64,000 bases of DNA, taken from positions 22,508,001 through 22,572,000 of the forward strand of contig NC_086109.1 in assembly GCF_963921235.1 (NCBI RefSeq), written 5' to 3'. The notes under the pieces were generated by a model. That model was not told the origin of the DNA and did no database searches. It worked only from the letters and a program-made list of their open reading frames with translations. Positions within the stretch are counted from its first letter, which is position 1; every line of letters starts with the position of its first letter. Below, piece by piece: positions 26,514 to 39,500 of the stretch. The translations under genes were made by a program, and so were the position numbers. Source of the stretch: Mobula hypostoma (lineage: Eukaryota).

Positions 26514-29240
26514 GCCTGCCCCAAGGGCACCATAGACGCTGAGCAACTCCCGGCGGCGTTCAACCCCTATAGATGTGCGATTATATCCAAACCTGACTGA
26601 TGTATCCATGAATAATAATTCTTTTTCTGATTAGACTTGAATATTAAATATTTTTCGGAATGGAAAAGAACATTTGCAAATAGTACTGGACTTTTTCTTT
26701 GTCTTTGGAAGCGATCCATTAGTTTGAAGCTAAATATGAGCTAGATTTGAGGGAGTGTTAAAGTCAGCATCCATTTAGGAAGAATAAAGCAATTTGACTG
26801 ACATCGGTGAACGATGAAGAGTCAGTTGTATTGGCAGGCTTCCTTCAGGAATATGCATTAGCAGGAAGCTGGACATACCAATGGGAGATGCAATGACATA
26901 TCAGAATCAGGTTTAATATCACCGGCAAGTGTTGTGAAATTTGTTAACTTAGTGGCAGCAGTACAATGCTATACAGGATAAATATAGAAAAGATAAATAA
27001 ATGAATTATAGTAAGTATATATGTGTATTAAATAGTTCGAGAACAGAAATAGTAAAAAAGTGAGGTAGTGTTCATGGGTTGAATATCCATTTTGAAATCA
27101 GATGGCAGAGAGGATGAGGCTGTTCCTGAATCACTGAGTGATTATCTTCAGGCTTCTGTGTCTCCTTTCTGATGCCAACAATGAGAAAGGGGCACGTCTT
27201 GGGTGATGGGGGTCCTTAATGAATGGCGCTGCCTTTCAGAGGCACCACTCCTTGAAGATGCCTTGGATACTCTGGAGGCTAGAACCCAAGATGGAGCTGA
27301 CTAATTTTGCACATAATGAAATCCTTAAGGATATATCCAACCAGAGCTGCTAATCTTATGCTGCTATATAAAGGCTACAATTAGTAATTACATATAAAGA
27401 TTACAATTAATAAGGGCTTCATGGGTCTGTTAGCAAAACAAGATCCATGGAATGAAGAACACAAGTGGACATATAGTGTAGATCTAGCACGGGGAACAGG
27501 GAGCATGTGTTTTGAACTGAAGGTTAGTATACATTGATGTTCTCTAAGATTGATACTGTGGCCACTCCTTTTCTTACATACGACCATAAGAAATAGGAAC
27601 AGGAGTAGGTCATCTGGCCCATCAGGCCTGCTCCACCATTCAGTAACATCAATGTTGACCTGGTGGACCCACCTACCCGCCTTTTCCCTCATAACCTTTT
27701 ATTTCCCTACTATCAGATCTAATCTAATCTAATCATCAATAGATATTATCAACTTGTAACTGGGTTCAATTTCTAAATTTGAAAATTTGCCAATGACATT
27801 AAACTTTGGAAGAGGAGCAAAGAGTGATGACAATAGCAATAGATCCACATGCAAACGTATAAATTAGAATCAGGGCGAGGTCGCTTGACCTCTCAAGCCT
27901 GCATTAACACTTAGTAAGGTAGTAGGTGGCATGACTGTAATTCCACAAGGACATGGGCTGGTAGAATTAGCAAACATGAGGAATTTAGCACAGACTTGTG
28001 AAATGAATTATTTTGGAAGAATGAGGAGAGGCAATCCAATAAAAAAAGGTACAGTACAAAATAGAATGGAGGAACAGAGACTGCTGGCGTTATGTGAACA
28101 TAAATATTTGAAGGTGGCAGGACATGTTCAGAGACTGGATAAAAATGTACAAAATATCTTAGGCTCTATGAATAGAAATTACAGTTTGGTTATAAGTGCA
28201 GTTCTGGGTACTACACTCTGTGCCTTTGAAAGAGTTCAATAGCAATTTATCACAATGGTTCCAGGGTAAAGGAATTCTGTTAAATGGAGAAGCTAGGATT
28301 GCTCACTTTAGGGCAGAGATCATTTAATGGAGATATAAAATGGCACAGAGGCCTAATGGTTTGCATAATGCTTTACAGTTCCAGCTGTAAACTGGAGGTT
28401 TCATTCCCATTGCTATCTGTAATGGGTTTGTACGTTCTCTCCGTGACCACATAGCTTTCCTCTGGGCACTCTGGTTTCCTCCCACATTCCAAAGATAGAT
28501 TCCAAAGGTAGCAAGTTCAACTGTAGTTTTCAAAATCCATTAAGTGCTTGAAGATAATGTAATTTGAGGGCTTGGTGTGAGCCAGGAAAATGGGACTAAA
28601 TGGATGGTGCTTGCAAATGCTGGCAGGCATTTATTGGGCAAAATGGTCTCCATAATGATTCACAGTTTCTAAAACAGGAGTTTGCCAGGATTTTATAACA
28701 TTTGAGATGCTAGACTCTAGGATGATTTAAAATTTTGATTTTGAAATAAGGAATTAATCCAAAGTTTGAAAATCATTTAAGGAGCTTTGAAATGTTAGTG
28801 AAGAAATTCTGGAGTGGGGGTTGTTGGCAGAGCATCAAGAGGTTTGTCTTGTCATGCTGGTAACTTGGCTCACTGATGTCATGGATTACAAGAACATGAA
28901 CTGGTTACTAAATACGACGCAGTGACTATTGGGAGTTGGTGGGAAAGTCAGAAGGTTGGTGGATGGAGGCTGTTCCTCATTCATTGCCATCAACATTTCT
29001 CCATTATTAAAATTACCATACAACCTGGGAGCAGCTGAAGAGGAATTTGTTATATGAAGTATGTAACCATGAAAGGGCAATGGAACCAGTATGATTCGTA
29101 GACTACAAAATAGATCTAGGTAAGTAATTGAAAAGGAAAGATTTGCTGGTCTATAGAAAACTATTGTGACGTGTTAATTGCTTAGCTCTTTCCTCTTTGA
29201 AATGCTGTCGGGTTTGGTGAATATCAAGCAATATTTATAT

Positions 29241-30081
29241 TGTTACGTACCCCGTAACTGGGTTGCCAAACCAGCAGAAATGGATCACTCAGTTGGAGTC
29301 TGGAGTACTAGAACTAAGAAAGTTTTATTAAAGAAACAAGCAACACAGTAATCGAAAGGATAATAAATGCAACAATTCAACAATGATAACCACACATGTG
29401 CACAGAATTAAGATAACAGCATCAATCAAGCTCTATCGTTGTCTAGGGGTAAATGACCAATTTCAAAATGACTCAAAGTTCAGTTCGCAGTAATCGTTGC
29501 CATGGCGATGGACAAGGTGGGGAAGAGAGACATAGAATAGGAACAACTCATCATTCAGCACAGCTTCACTCACAGACCAGCGAGATGGCTCACAAACAGC
29601 ATTTGGGCGGGTCCTTGGTGATGTCACCTGAGGTCACCGACTGTGACCCCTCCTCCAGATGCGGTCGATCCTCTGCAGTGAACCCGGCACCCAGGCAAGG
29701 GCGGACACACACCGGGTTCCCGCTGATCGTACCTTTCCACCCTTGTCGTTGTCTGGGACTTCTCACCCACTCGTGAGAAGCGCACCGCTTCCAGGGTCTC
29801 GTTACCTCGGGTGGCGTGTGTCCCTGTCTTAGCGAACCTGTCCCTTTTTATCCCCCTGCTGGGGTATCGCCTGTCCATCACTTCAAACAGTTCAGGGTTC
29901 AAAGGGGGGAGCCGCTCCAGACAGCTCTTCCTCCCACATCCCTTCATTACACATCTCCAGACGCTGCTCCATTGTTCCTTATCTCTCCTTCCCCTGAGGG
30001 CAGGTGGCAGACCAACTGCTGATGCCACTGATGCTAGCCCAGGCCAGCAAACATCTTAATTTTATGTGTATTCTCGTAACA
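29241..30081 (-). mobile_element. Solo LTR (Gypsy-type), 841 bp
   Basis: Ends TGTTACG...CGTAACA (7-bp inverted ends). 4-bp TSD ATAT (29237-29240, 30082-30085). CpG-rich and non-coding. AATAAA on the - strand near 29325. Confidence 0.85.
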
Positions 30082-32529
30082 ATATGAATACCTGTGTGCA
30101 CGAAAAGCTCTTCTCATTCCATGCAAAGAAAATTACTCAAGTATATCTGAGTCCAAAATGCCCTTCAAACTCTGCAGCTCTGGAGAGTAATAAGTATGTT
30201 TCAGTGATTACTGTGTCTTTTGGTTCCCGCTTCTTCACCACTTGGTCTGAAGGTAATGCAAAATGAAGTAAAGGCCAGAAGTGAGGTGATGATAGCAAAA
30301 GGGAGAGAGGATTTGTGACCAGGCATCTTTGGCAAGAGAGTTGGAGATGAGTCCGATGTGAGAAGAATGAGAGAGTTGTACTTGTAGGAGAATGGAGACA
30401 CCAGAGAAGGGATCAGAACCAAGTTGACTCTGAGGAATATGAGATCAGAGCTATGTACGAGGGGCTAGAAAGACTGGAGAGATAACAAGAAACCAAGAGA
30501 TGTGAGTGAAAGATGGGAGAGTGAAGAGGACAGTCAACAAAGTAGCTGAAGAAGGCAGGAGGTCTCGTTTGTTGTCAATATGAAAGACGTTTCAAATGAA
30601 CCTGTATCCTCCAAACTGTGACATTAATTCTTGTTGTTTATAATTGCAGAATATTTATTTCAACAGGATATTTAACAAATTGAATACTACTTACTGAATG
30701 GCTGAACATGGAGTTTATCTTGTGGACTGAAGGGGCCTATGTATTTCCTTAATCCTCAATGAATCAAAAACATAAGTTATTAAAGACAATTTATTCTGAA
30801 AGGTTCAGAAATAATTTACATGGATATAATTTTCAGTCTAGAGTACCTGAGATCTGAGCTATATATATATATGAATACCTGTGTGCACGTAAAGCTCGAC
30901 ATCAAGAACGTAGGTCATCAAAGGTGCCGGATAAAGACCAGCAATATCATGATGGATCTCAACCACCTTGCTTGTGGACTGATGTCCCACTCCCATCAGG
31001 GAAGAAGCTACAATCAGGAAAGGACCACCAGACTGAAAAACAGTTACTTCCGCCAAGTCATCAGGCTGATAAACACACCCATCCATTAAGCTACCTCATC
31101 ACACCACCCCCCCAGCTTTCCCCTGTGGTGCCCCAACCCAAGACATCCTCCACCTCGTCCAAACATGCCCTCTCACCAAGATCTGAGACGGCTTTGCTGC
31201 AGCCTAATGATGCGCCAGGAGCTGGAGGAGTGGCTTGACAAAAGCCAGTTAGAAGTGTGAAGAGAAAAACACCTGCCATATGAAACCACAATCACACCAG
31301 CCACCACCAGTACTTTATCATTTCCTGACAGTGAACTTATGTGCTGTACCTAGAGTCACTTTATGTACATACAATATATGTATCTATATTAATATCTATT
31401 ATCTATATATAGAGGTAGATACATGTATAGATAGATATACATATATTTTATCCTCTCCCTCTCCCCCTCCCTCTATATATATATATTTTCATGATTTGGG
31501 AAGACCTGCATCATTAGTTATTTTTAAGAAGGGAACGGTGAGCCACCTCCATCAACTGTTACAATTCTTCTTGTGAAGGTATTCCCATATTTTTGTCAGG
31601 GTGGGGGGAAGGTTTCCGGTCTGTAGGACTAGCAATGATGAAAGGTCGTGTGATTTGGAGGGAAACCTGTAGGAAGAGGTGTTCTCATGCATCTGTTGCT
31701 CTTGGATATTTTAGTGTTAGAAGTTGGGTTTGAGAGGTGCTGTTAGAGTAGACTGAGTGAGTACCTGCATCTCATGTTCTCAATAGTTATTGTTTATTTT
31801 TAAAATTTTTATTATTCCTTTATTTTTTTCTCTATTTGCGCAGCTTGGTGTCTTTTGCACTTTTGTTGTTTCCAAGTCTTGTGTGTGGTTTTTCATTGAT
31901 TCTATAGTGTTTCTTTGTATTTACTATGAATGCCTGCAAGAAAATGAATCTCATGGTAGTTTATGGTGACACGTATGTACTTTGATAATAAATTTACTTT
32001 GACCTTTGGGTTTCAAAGATGGCATGAATGGGTGCTGGTTGTTGAGTGAATGAATGCTTAGAGAGTTTGATGGAGTGCTAGTGAATTGGGCCGATTTATC
32101 CTGGATGCTATCGACCTTCTTGAGAGTTGGTGGTACTCTACTCATGCAGGCAAGTGGTGAGTATTCCTTCACATCTTTGACTTGTGCCTTGGACTCGGTG
32201 GAAGGACAAGAGTCGCTTTCAGGATACCTAGTTTGCCTTTGCAGCCTTGATATTTATGTGAATGTCCTACTTGAGGTTCCGGTCATCGGACATGGTTGGG
32301 AACTCAATCATCGTCATAAGAACTTCTGTCTTATGCCTCTCACAGTTTCAGCATAACTTTTTTATTCTCATTCAAACTGTCCTAGTTCGTCTTTTAACTA
32401 GATCACTCTGAAAGTAATATATTACCTGGTCAACTTAGGAGTCCACCTATCACAGACTTGCCCTTTGTTCTCTCCAACTCTCCTCCTCTCTGCAGTTTTA
32501 AAACTAAACACTTGTGTTCTTAGTTTTCT

Positions 32530-32566
32530 AATTCTGAGGAAGAGTCGTTAACTTGAAATGTTAACT
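32530..32566 (+). ncRNA. Hammerhead-like motif, second subfamily
   Basis: AATT CTGAGGA AGAGTCGTTAACTT GAAA TGTT AACT. Confidence 0.45.
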
Positions 32567-33536
32567 TTGTGTTTTTCTCCACAGGCGCAGTTTGTCCTCC
32601 AACATTATCTATTTTTTTTCTCTTTACTTTTGAAATACTCGATAGAGGTTCGAGCGAAACTTCCTGGTGTGTCCTGAATGTTCTGTTCTCTGGAGAGAAA
32701 GTTACCATTCGGGAGTGAGCAAACAATTTAATTCCTTGTAAACCTATTGATTTGGAGTTATTAACTACCCTGGAATGAATTAATCAAATTATTGAAGATG
32801 GTTTCCAGCTTAGCTTGGAAGCAGTACTCGCGTTCCAAATTTACATTATGTATTCCAAATGTATTCTTTTATCCAAATCTGCCTTACATTCTCCATATGT
32901 TAAAAGGAGAGAAATGGTATGTACCACGGCTGCTATATTTTTGATTTGCTACCATTCAATAATGATAGTAATGCAGATAAATTAACAAGAACCACACAAG
33001 CTAAAAATGTAACGTACCATTTTTGAAATCAATGATGTAGGTTTAAATTTAAATTTGTGTCCCCTTGTCCTATATTCTCCCAATTACAAAGGCATGTACT
33101 ATCAGAAATGATGCCCTTCAAGTGAGGTTGTGCCACTCATTTCAAATAAAGATGCTTTGAAACAAACAAGGGTCACTGGACACACTCAGCAAGTCAGGCA
33201 GTATAGGGGAAAGAGAAACTGTGAATGCTTATGGTCCAACGTGCACAAAATGCTGGATGAACTCAGTGGGTCAGGCAGCACCCACGGACGGAAATGTTTC
33301 AGGCTGAGACCTGCTGAATGTTGATTGGTTATTTTGCTTGGTTGGTGGTGGAGGGAGATACAATGGAAGCATTTATGAAGCTCTTAAATAGGTACAAGGA
33401 TACATATCCTTGCCATGCCCAGGTTTCATTGGCTTAATTAGCTTGGCTCAGCATTGTGGGCTGACGGGCTTGGAGCTGTGCTATATTGTTCTTCCTATAC
33501 GTGTGTCTAGTTCCAAACTGCAGTGATAGATCAGAC

Positions 33537-34055
33537 CCATAAGACTATAAGACATAGGAGCAGAATTAGACTACTTGGCCCATTGAATCTGTACTGCCAG
33601 TCCATCATGGCTGATTAATTATCCCTCTCAACCCCATTCTCCCAGTAACCTTTGACACCCTTATGAATCAAAAGCCTAAATCTCTGCTTTAAAGATACCA
33701 GTGACTTGGCCTCCACCATTGTCTGTGGCAATGTAGTTGACAGATTCACCATCCTTTGGCTAAAGTTCTTTCTGTTCTAAAGGGATGTTCCTCTATTCTG
33801 AGGCTGGCCCCACTGGTCCTGGACTCCCCCATCCTCTCCACATACTCTCTGTCAAGGCCTTTCAATATTCGATAGGTTCCAATGAGATCCCACCACATTC
33901 TTCCAGACTCCACGAGTACAGGCCCAAAGCCATCAAATGCTCCTCATACATTAACCCTTTCATTGCTGGAATCATTCTCATGAACCTCCTCTGGACCCTC
34001 TCCAATGGCAGCACATCTTTTCTGAGATAAGGGACCCAAATCTGCTCACAGTACT
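33537..34055 (-). mobile_element. CR1 3' end
   Basis: EYCEQIWVPYLRKDV..LERVQRRFMRMIP, with a (TCTTATGG)n-like tail. Confidence 0.8.
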
Positions 34056-34273
34056 CCAAGACCCAAGACCCCCAAAGCTCTCTGCTGCAGAATTAGGTGG
34101 GGGAGGGGGTTTATGCTGGAGACATAGGCATTGAGCTGGCGTGTGACTAAACTTGTTTTTTTTTGTTCTCTCCATGGTTTAAATCAGCATCAAACTACTC
34201 GGATTCCTGCTATTTTTGTCTCAAATAAATTGATTTCACTGTTCAATAGCTGCTGTGAGTGGTTTTATCACTT

Positions 34274-34289
34274 TGTTACCATGGTAACA
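34274..34289. promoter_or_regulatory. Perfect palindromic RFX X-box
   Basis: TGTTACCATGGTAACA, a 16-bp palindrome matching GTTNCCATGGNAAC, in non-repeat DNA. Confidence 0.6.
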
Positions 34290-35012
34290 GAGCCTGAAAG
34301 GCTATTTTGGTAAATTAAGGACTGATATTTTAATGAACCTCAGTCCAAGCAGCAATATGTATTGTTAATACAGATTCTATAAAAGAAATCAAAAATAAAC
34401 TCCGCTAGAAGGGACATAGCCGACCAAAGACACAAGTCTGGAATATTTCTACAATATGCAAATTCCATTTTTAACTGGCCTCACAATTATTGCTACTCAC
34501 CGTCACCAGCTGGCTTGCTCTTAGCATAACAAATCTTCGGCAGGTTTAAATGGGACTCGGTAATGTGCACTTTAATCACTGTCAGCCCCAGTAGCTTCGA
34601 CAATCCGTCTTGTCGCATGAGACCTTTCCTTTCCACGATTAACCAGACAAGGTTGCTGCTCCAAGATGTGTCCCACTTACCATAAAGAGGCACAAAATTC
34701 TCGATGAGAAAACACTTGCTGGGAAAGCTTAATGAAGATTTTTTTTTGTTGCTGGACCTCAATGTTGTGGAAAGTGAACTGTGATTGGAAGTTGGAGATT
34801 TCATGTCAGTTGCATGATCCTGTCTTTCCCAGGCTGCTGATAAGCTGATTGAGCTGTTTTTAAGGCTTCCGACAGCGTTTAACACAGACTGGCGCATGTT
34901 TCAGGCCACTCACATGGATGCAGATTTGCTGCCACTCCCCCCTCCCAACTTTAATCACTCCAACCCCACCCAGCTTTGCCTACTCCAACATCATCCCTCG
35001 TAATGCTGGCCA

Positions 35013-35440
35013 TCCATAAGACCATAAGACATGGAATAAGAAATAGGCCATTCAGCCCATTGGGCCTGCTCTGCCATTCAATCAAGGCAGATTTACTTTC
35101 ACTCTCAACTCCATTCCCCTGCCTACTCCCCATAATCTTTGACTCCCTTACTAATCAAGAAGCTATCAACCTCTGTTTTAAATATCCCCCAATGATTTGG
35201 CCTCCACAGCCACCCATAGCAATGAATTTCACAGATTCACTACCCGCTGGCTAAAAAATTCCTCCTCATCTCTGTTCTAAAGTGGTGTCCTTCTATTCTA
35301 AGACTGTGCCCTCTGGTCCTAGACTCTCCCACTGTTGGAAGCATCCTCTCCATGCCCATTCTATCTCAGACTTTCAATATTCAGCTGTTTCAATGAGATC
35401 CCCTCTCATTCTTCTAAACTCCAGTGGCTACAGGCCAGAG
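35013..35440 (-). mobile_element. CR1 3' end
   Basis: Same family 3' UTR and tail as 33537-34055. Confidence 0.75.
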
Positions 35441-35482
35441 CAACAATTGCCCTTCTTCAAACACCAACTTCAGCTCCCAAAT

Positions 35483-35484
<2 letters not shown>

Positions 35485-35540
<56 letters not shown>

Positions 35541-35590
35541 GCTCTCTCTTTCCCTCTCCCTCTCCATCCTCCTCCTTCCTTCTCTCTCCC
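35485..35590. repeat. (CT)n microsatellite with a pyrimidine-rich tail
   Basis: Read directly from the sequence. Confidence 0.95.
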
Positions 35591-37699
35591 CCTCTACCTG
35601 AGACTGCAAAGAGCTGTAGACTTGGCCGGCTCCATTACAAACCCAACCCTTCCCACCGTTGAGCACATCTTCAAGTGGTGACACCTCAAGAAGGCAGCTT
35701 CCATCATTGAGGAGCCTCACCATGCGGGACTTGCCCTCTCCATCAGTGAGCAGGAACAGGAGCCTCACAACCCAAACTCAGTGCATGGTGGAACATTGAC
35801 TTACAGGGCATGTACTAGTCCTGAGGTTTGGAGATGTGAACCAACCAAAGTCTGAGATTGAGATGAGGATGCTAGTCACTGAGCTACAGCTAGGAGGCGT
35901 ATAAAGATCAATGTCAATATTTACTATATGAGCAAATTAACAACATTAAAAACCCAAATACACCTTCAGACAACCACTGTCTCAAATTATTTCTTTTTCC
36001 AATTTTTACCCTGGTTATAGTTTATACAAAAGTCTCTTGTAACTATTGGAATAATTGCAAAAAAGTGCTTCGGAATTATTTTTTGTCCGCAAATTACAAA
36101 CATTTCTCATCTATGATTTTGACCTACGCCAGACAAAAATGCTTGAGATGATCATCTATCAAACTGCACTCAAATATCAGTAATGCCATGTCTGGCAATA
36201 CTTCAATAAACTGTAGCAGCATATCCTTCCTCCCACAGCTGCTTAGAAGAAGAGCTGAGGCCATAATTAGTGGCTGACGTTCAACCCTGTCCCAGTCTTC
36301 TCCAGCTAGAAACCTAATTTGAGCACAGTTGGTAAATGAACTAGAGATTAATTTGGCCTCTGTTTGCTCCTTCCCAGCAGAATCATGTTCAGGGGAATGA
36401 ATGAAACATGCCTGGGTCTACTTGAGATCCCATAGCTATGCTGTTCCTAACTGAATGACTTTTCACCCTCATCAGCTGTGAAGTTGGCCAAGAATTCCAC
36501 TAAGAGTAGATGGACATGCAATTTAGACTTTAGGATAAATATGATGACTTGGAAAGGACAAAGGGATGATGCCAGGCTCCAGAAATTTCAGTCAGCTAGA
36601 AAAAGTGAAGTGATATTCACGGGTAGTGGATTAAAAATGATAGAAAGAGATAAAGAGTTGGAGCACAGGGAGGGGAGCAGCGCAGATAAGGAAAAGCTGG
36701 GAAACTTGAATTCACGTGTGCAATTTAATCTGGAATCCACCTGGGTTACCCTCATGGAAGTAAACATGTTCCCTGACGTATACTGTATATGAAGCCCAGA
36801 AGCATGGCAACATAGTTAGGCTGTAACTATCCTTTGGTATAGTATGAATTGCTATTCATACTATACCATCGCCTTTGGTGAGCTAGTCAAGGCACCAGTA
36901 CCTGGTAAATTAGACTATAATAAGTGTTGAGGGATGGCATGCAGAGGGTTCCTTTATAGAGTTATCGAGCACTACAGCACAAAAACAGGCCCTTAGAGCC
37001 AGTTATCTCATTCCAAACTATTATTCCGCCCAGTCCCATCAACCTGCACCTGGACCTAAGCCCTTCATACCTCACACTGGAGCACCTGGAGGAATTCCAC
37101 CTGGTCACAGGGAAAACTTGCAAACTCCACACGTGCAGTGCTGGAGGTGGGAATTGACCCTGGATCTCTGGAGCTGTGAGCCACAGGCTCTACCACTGTC
37201 AACAAGTAGAGATTCTTTCAGTACCTTTGGAGCTACACTTGGGGAGAACAGATAAAGAGTTCTGTGTCAACCCTGACACTTACCTTGCAGGTGAATGAAT
37301 TTCTTTGTGCTATCAGGGGCCGAGTCCCTTGCTGCAGTGTACTTAAAAAGAGTATTAGCTGGTTCAGGCTGAGTTACACACAGTGGTGATATTCAGGATG
37401 TTCCTGACGTTGCTGGTGGGATGACTGGACAATGACAATGGGGGTTAAATGTCCAGGAGAAATGATAAATTTCCACTCATACCCTGCTTATGGCCAAAGC
37501 CTTAAACTGCCTCTTCCTCTGGTTCTTTGTTCAGTGACAAGGTGTAGTCAGCTAAATCCCATGTCAATTAAGCTGTCTGACTGCATTTCCAGAAAGGGTT
37601 CTCTTCATCACTAACTGCCCTGTTCTTCCTCCTCCTCCTCCTCTTCTACCTGCTGAAGAGTGGGAGACAGATACTACACTGGAGGATAAGACAGAGTCA

Positions 37700-37998
37700 T
37701 TGCAACACTTTATAATGCCAGCAATCACCAATCGGAGTTCAATTTCCACCGCTGTCTGTAAGGAGTTTGTGTATTCTTCCTGTGACTGTGTGGGTTTCCT
37801 CCAAGAGCCGTGGTTTCCTCCCACATTCTGAAGCGTACAGGTTTGTAAACTGTGGGCATGCTATGTTGGCATCAGAAGCATGGCAACAGTTATAGGTTAC
37901 TCCAAGGTCATCCTCCAAATGTGTTGGTTGTTGACACATTTTACCGACTGTTTTGATGCTTCGATGTACATGTGACAAATAAAGCTAATCTTTATCTC
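37700..37998 (+). mobile_element. V-SINE-type SINE (representative copy)
   Basis: V-domain-like core GTAAGGAGTTTG...GTGGGTTTCCTCC...GGTTTCCTCCCACATTC. Other copies at about 1-170, 9810-9955, 12120-12320, 28350-28500, 37080-37200, 38570-38810, 49740-50050, 50915-51205 and 56950-57085. Confidence 0.7.
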
Positions 37999-38814
37999 CA
38001 TAAACAAGAGAACCCTCTCGGGAATAGGCTGCTGGGGCTTTTCTGACTGGCACAGTCACTGATAGCTTACTTTGAGCATCTCTGCAATGTTTCTGTTGGG
38101 AGCTTGGCTGATTACAAATGTACTCACAGGTACTTCTAAAGGTTCCCAGGGTATTAAATTCATAACACAGCCATTTCCCTCCAATAGCCATATATCACTG
38201 TGATGCAATAGCAGAAGTGAGTTGAGCATAGAGGTCCACAAGGTAGGCAATGTTCACAACAATATGGTGCTAACCACCATGATCTTCTGATGGTGTCTAT
38301 GACACCTTGGACCTTTGCGAAGTGATTGCCCTTCCTGCTGCAGCACAGGTTGGTGATGCCCTATGGAGCCCAAAGTACCGCATGGTTATGATCTATCATT
38401 CTGACCCTTCAAGAAGCCACAAGCTGGACAGCTCTTAGTGGCATCTATGATCTTTAATCAAAGAGAAGGTGTATTCTGCTCTTCTTGAAGAGACAACTTC
38501 TTTCATTTTGCAAATTCCATGGAGTTCTGTGAATGTGTTCAACTTCATCCATTGCCTAGAATAATCCAGAGGCAGTATGGTAGCGTGGCAGTTAGCACAA
38601 GTGATTTACAGTGCCAGCAATCTCTGATGTGGGTTCGATTCCCACCACAGTCTAAGAAGTTTGTCTGTTCTCTCTCTGAGCACGTGGACTTCCTCCAGGT
38701 TTCTTCCTACATTCCAAAGATGTACAGTTAGTGTTAGGGTTAGTGGTATGATGGCACCAAAAGCATGATGATACTTGTCAGCTGCTTCCAGCACATCCTC
38801 ACATTTGATTTCAC

Positions 38815-39500
38815 GTCAAGAGTCAAGTCGAGATTATTTAATGTTATTTCCAGTACACAAGTGTAAAGGAGAACTAAATTATTGTTTCTCTGGATCCGAT
38901 GCAGCACAAAAACACAATAAGATAGAGAACACAATAGCAAAAAAAAAATCAATAAATATAAATACATCAAATAGTTTATATGCATCCATTGATCGTATGT
39001 ACATGAAGTGACACTAGGTTCAGGGGTGCCTGTACGTAAGGTGACCGACAGGAAATGATAAAGTTGTGGTGGGTGGTTGGTGGGCAGAGGTGTTGATTAG
39101 ATTTATTGCTTGGGGAAAGTAAATTTTTGAGTCTGGTGGTCCTGGCATGGATGCTACATAGACTCCTCAGGGAGTTGGACAAACTGTCCCTGAGCAGGGT
39201 GGGTGAGATCCTTCATGATATTGCTGGCCTTTTTCTGGCACCTTTCTATATAGAGTATGTGTCCCTGATGACTGGGAGACTAGTTGTTCCTGTCTGCTGC
39301 AGTGCTGTTCACTCACTGCGCAATGATTTAGAGGGTTAGGATTCTCCCTACTGTGCATCTGTAGAAGGCTGTGAGTACTGATGCGAGTAGTCCATCTCTC
39401 TTCAACATCCTCCGGAGAGTAGAGGCATCGGTGAGCGTTCTTGATTGTGTAGGATGTGTTCTGGGACCTTGCGAGCTTATGCGAGATGTGCTCGCAGTTT
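38815..39500 (-). mobile_element. Rex1-type LINE 3' fragment
   Basis: LRRMLKRDGL..SVLTAFYRCTVGRILT plus a tail related to 30900-31370. Confidence 0.7.

Noticed and set aside
25223..26563. Overlapping alternative ORFs around the protease
   Set aside because: Expected from high GC at third codon positions, with no motifs.
35282..35768. ORFs with SLSLSL/RERERE runs
   Set aside because: Translation of the (CT)n microsatellite.
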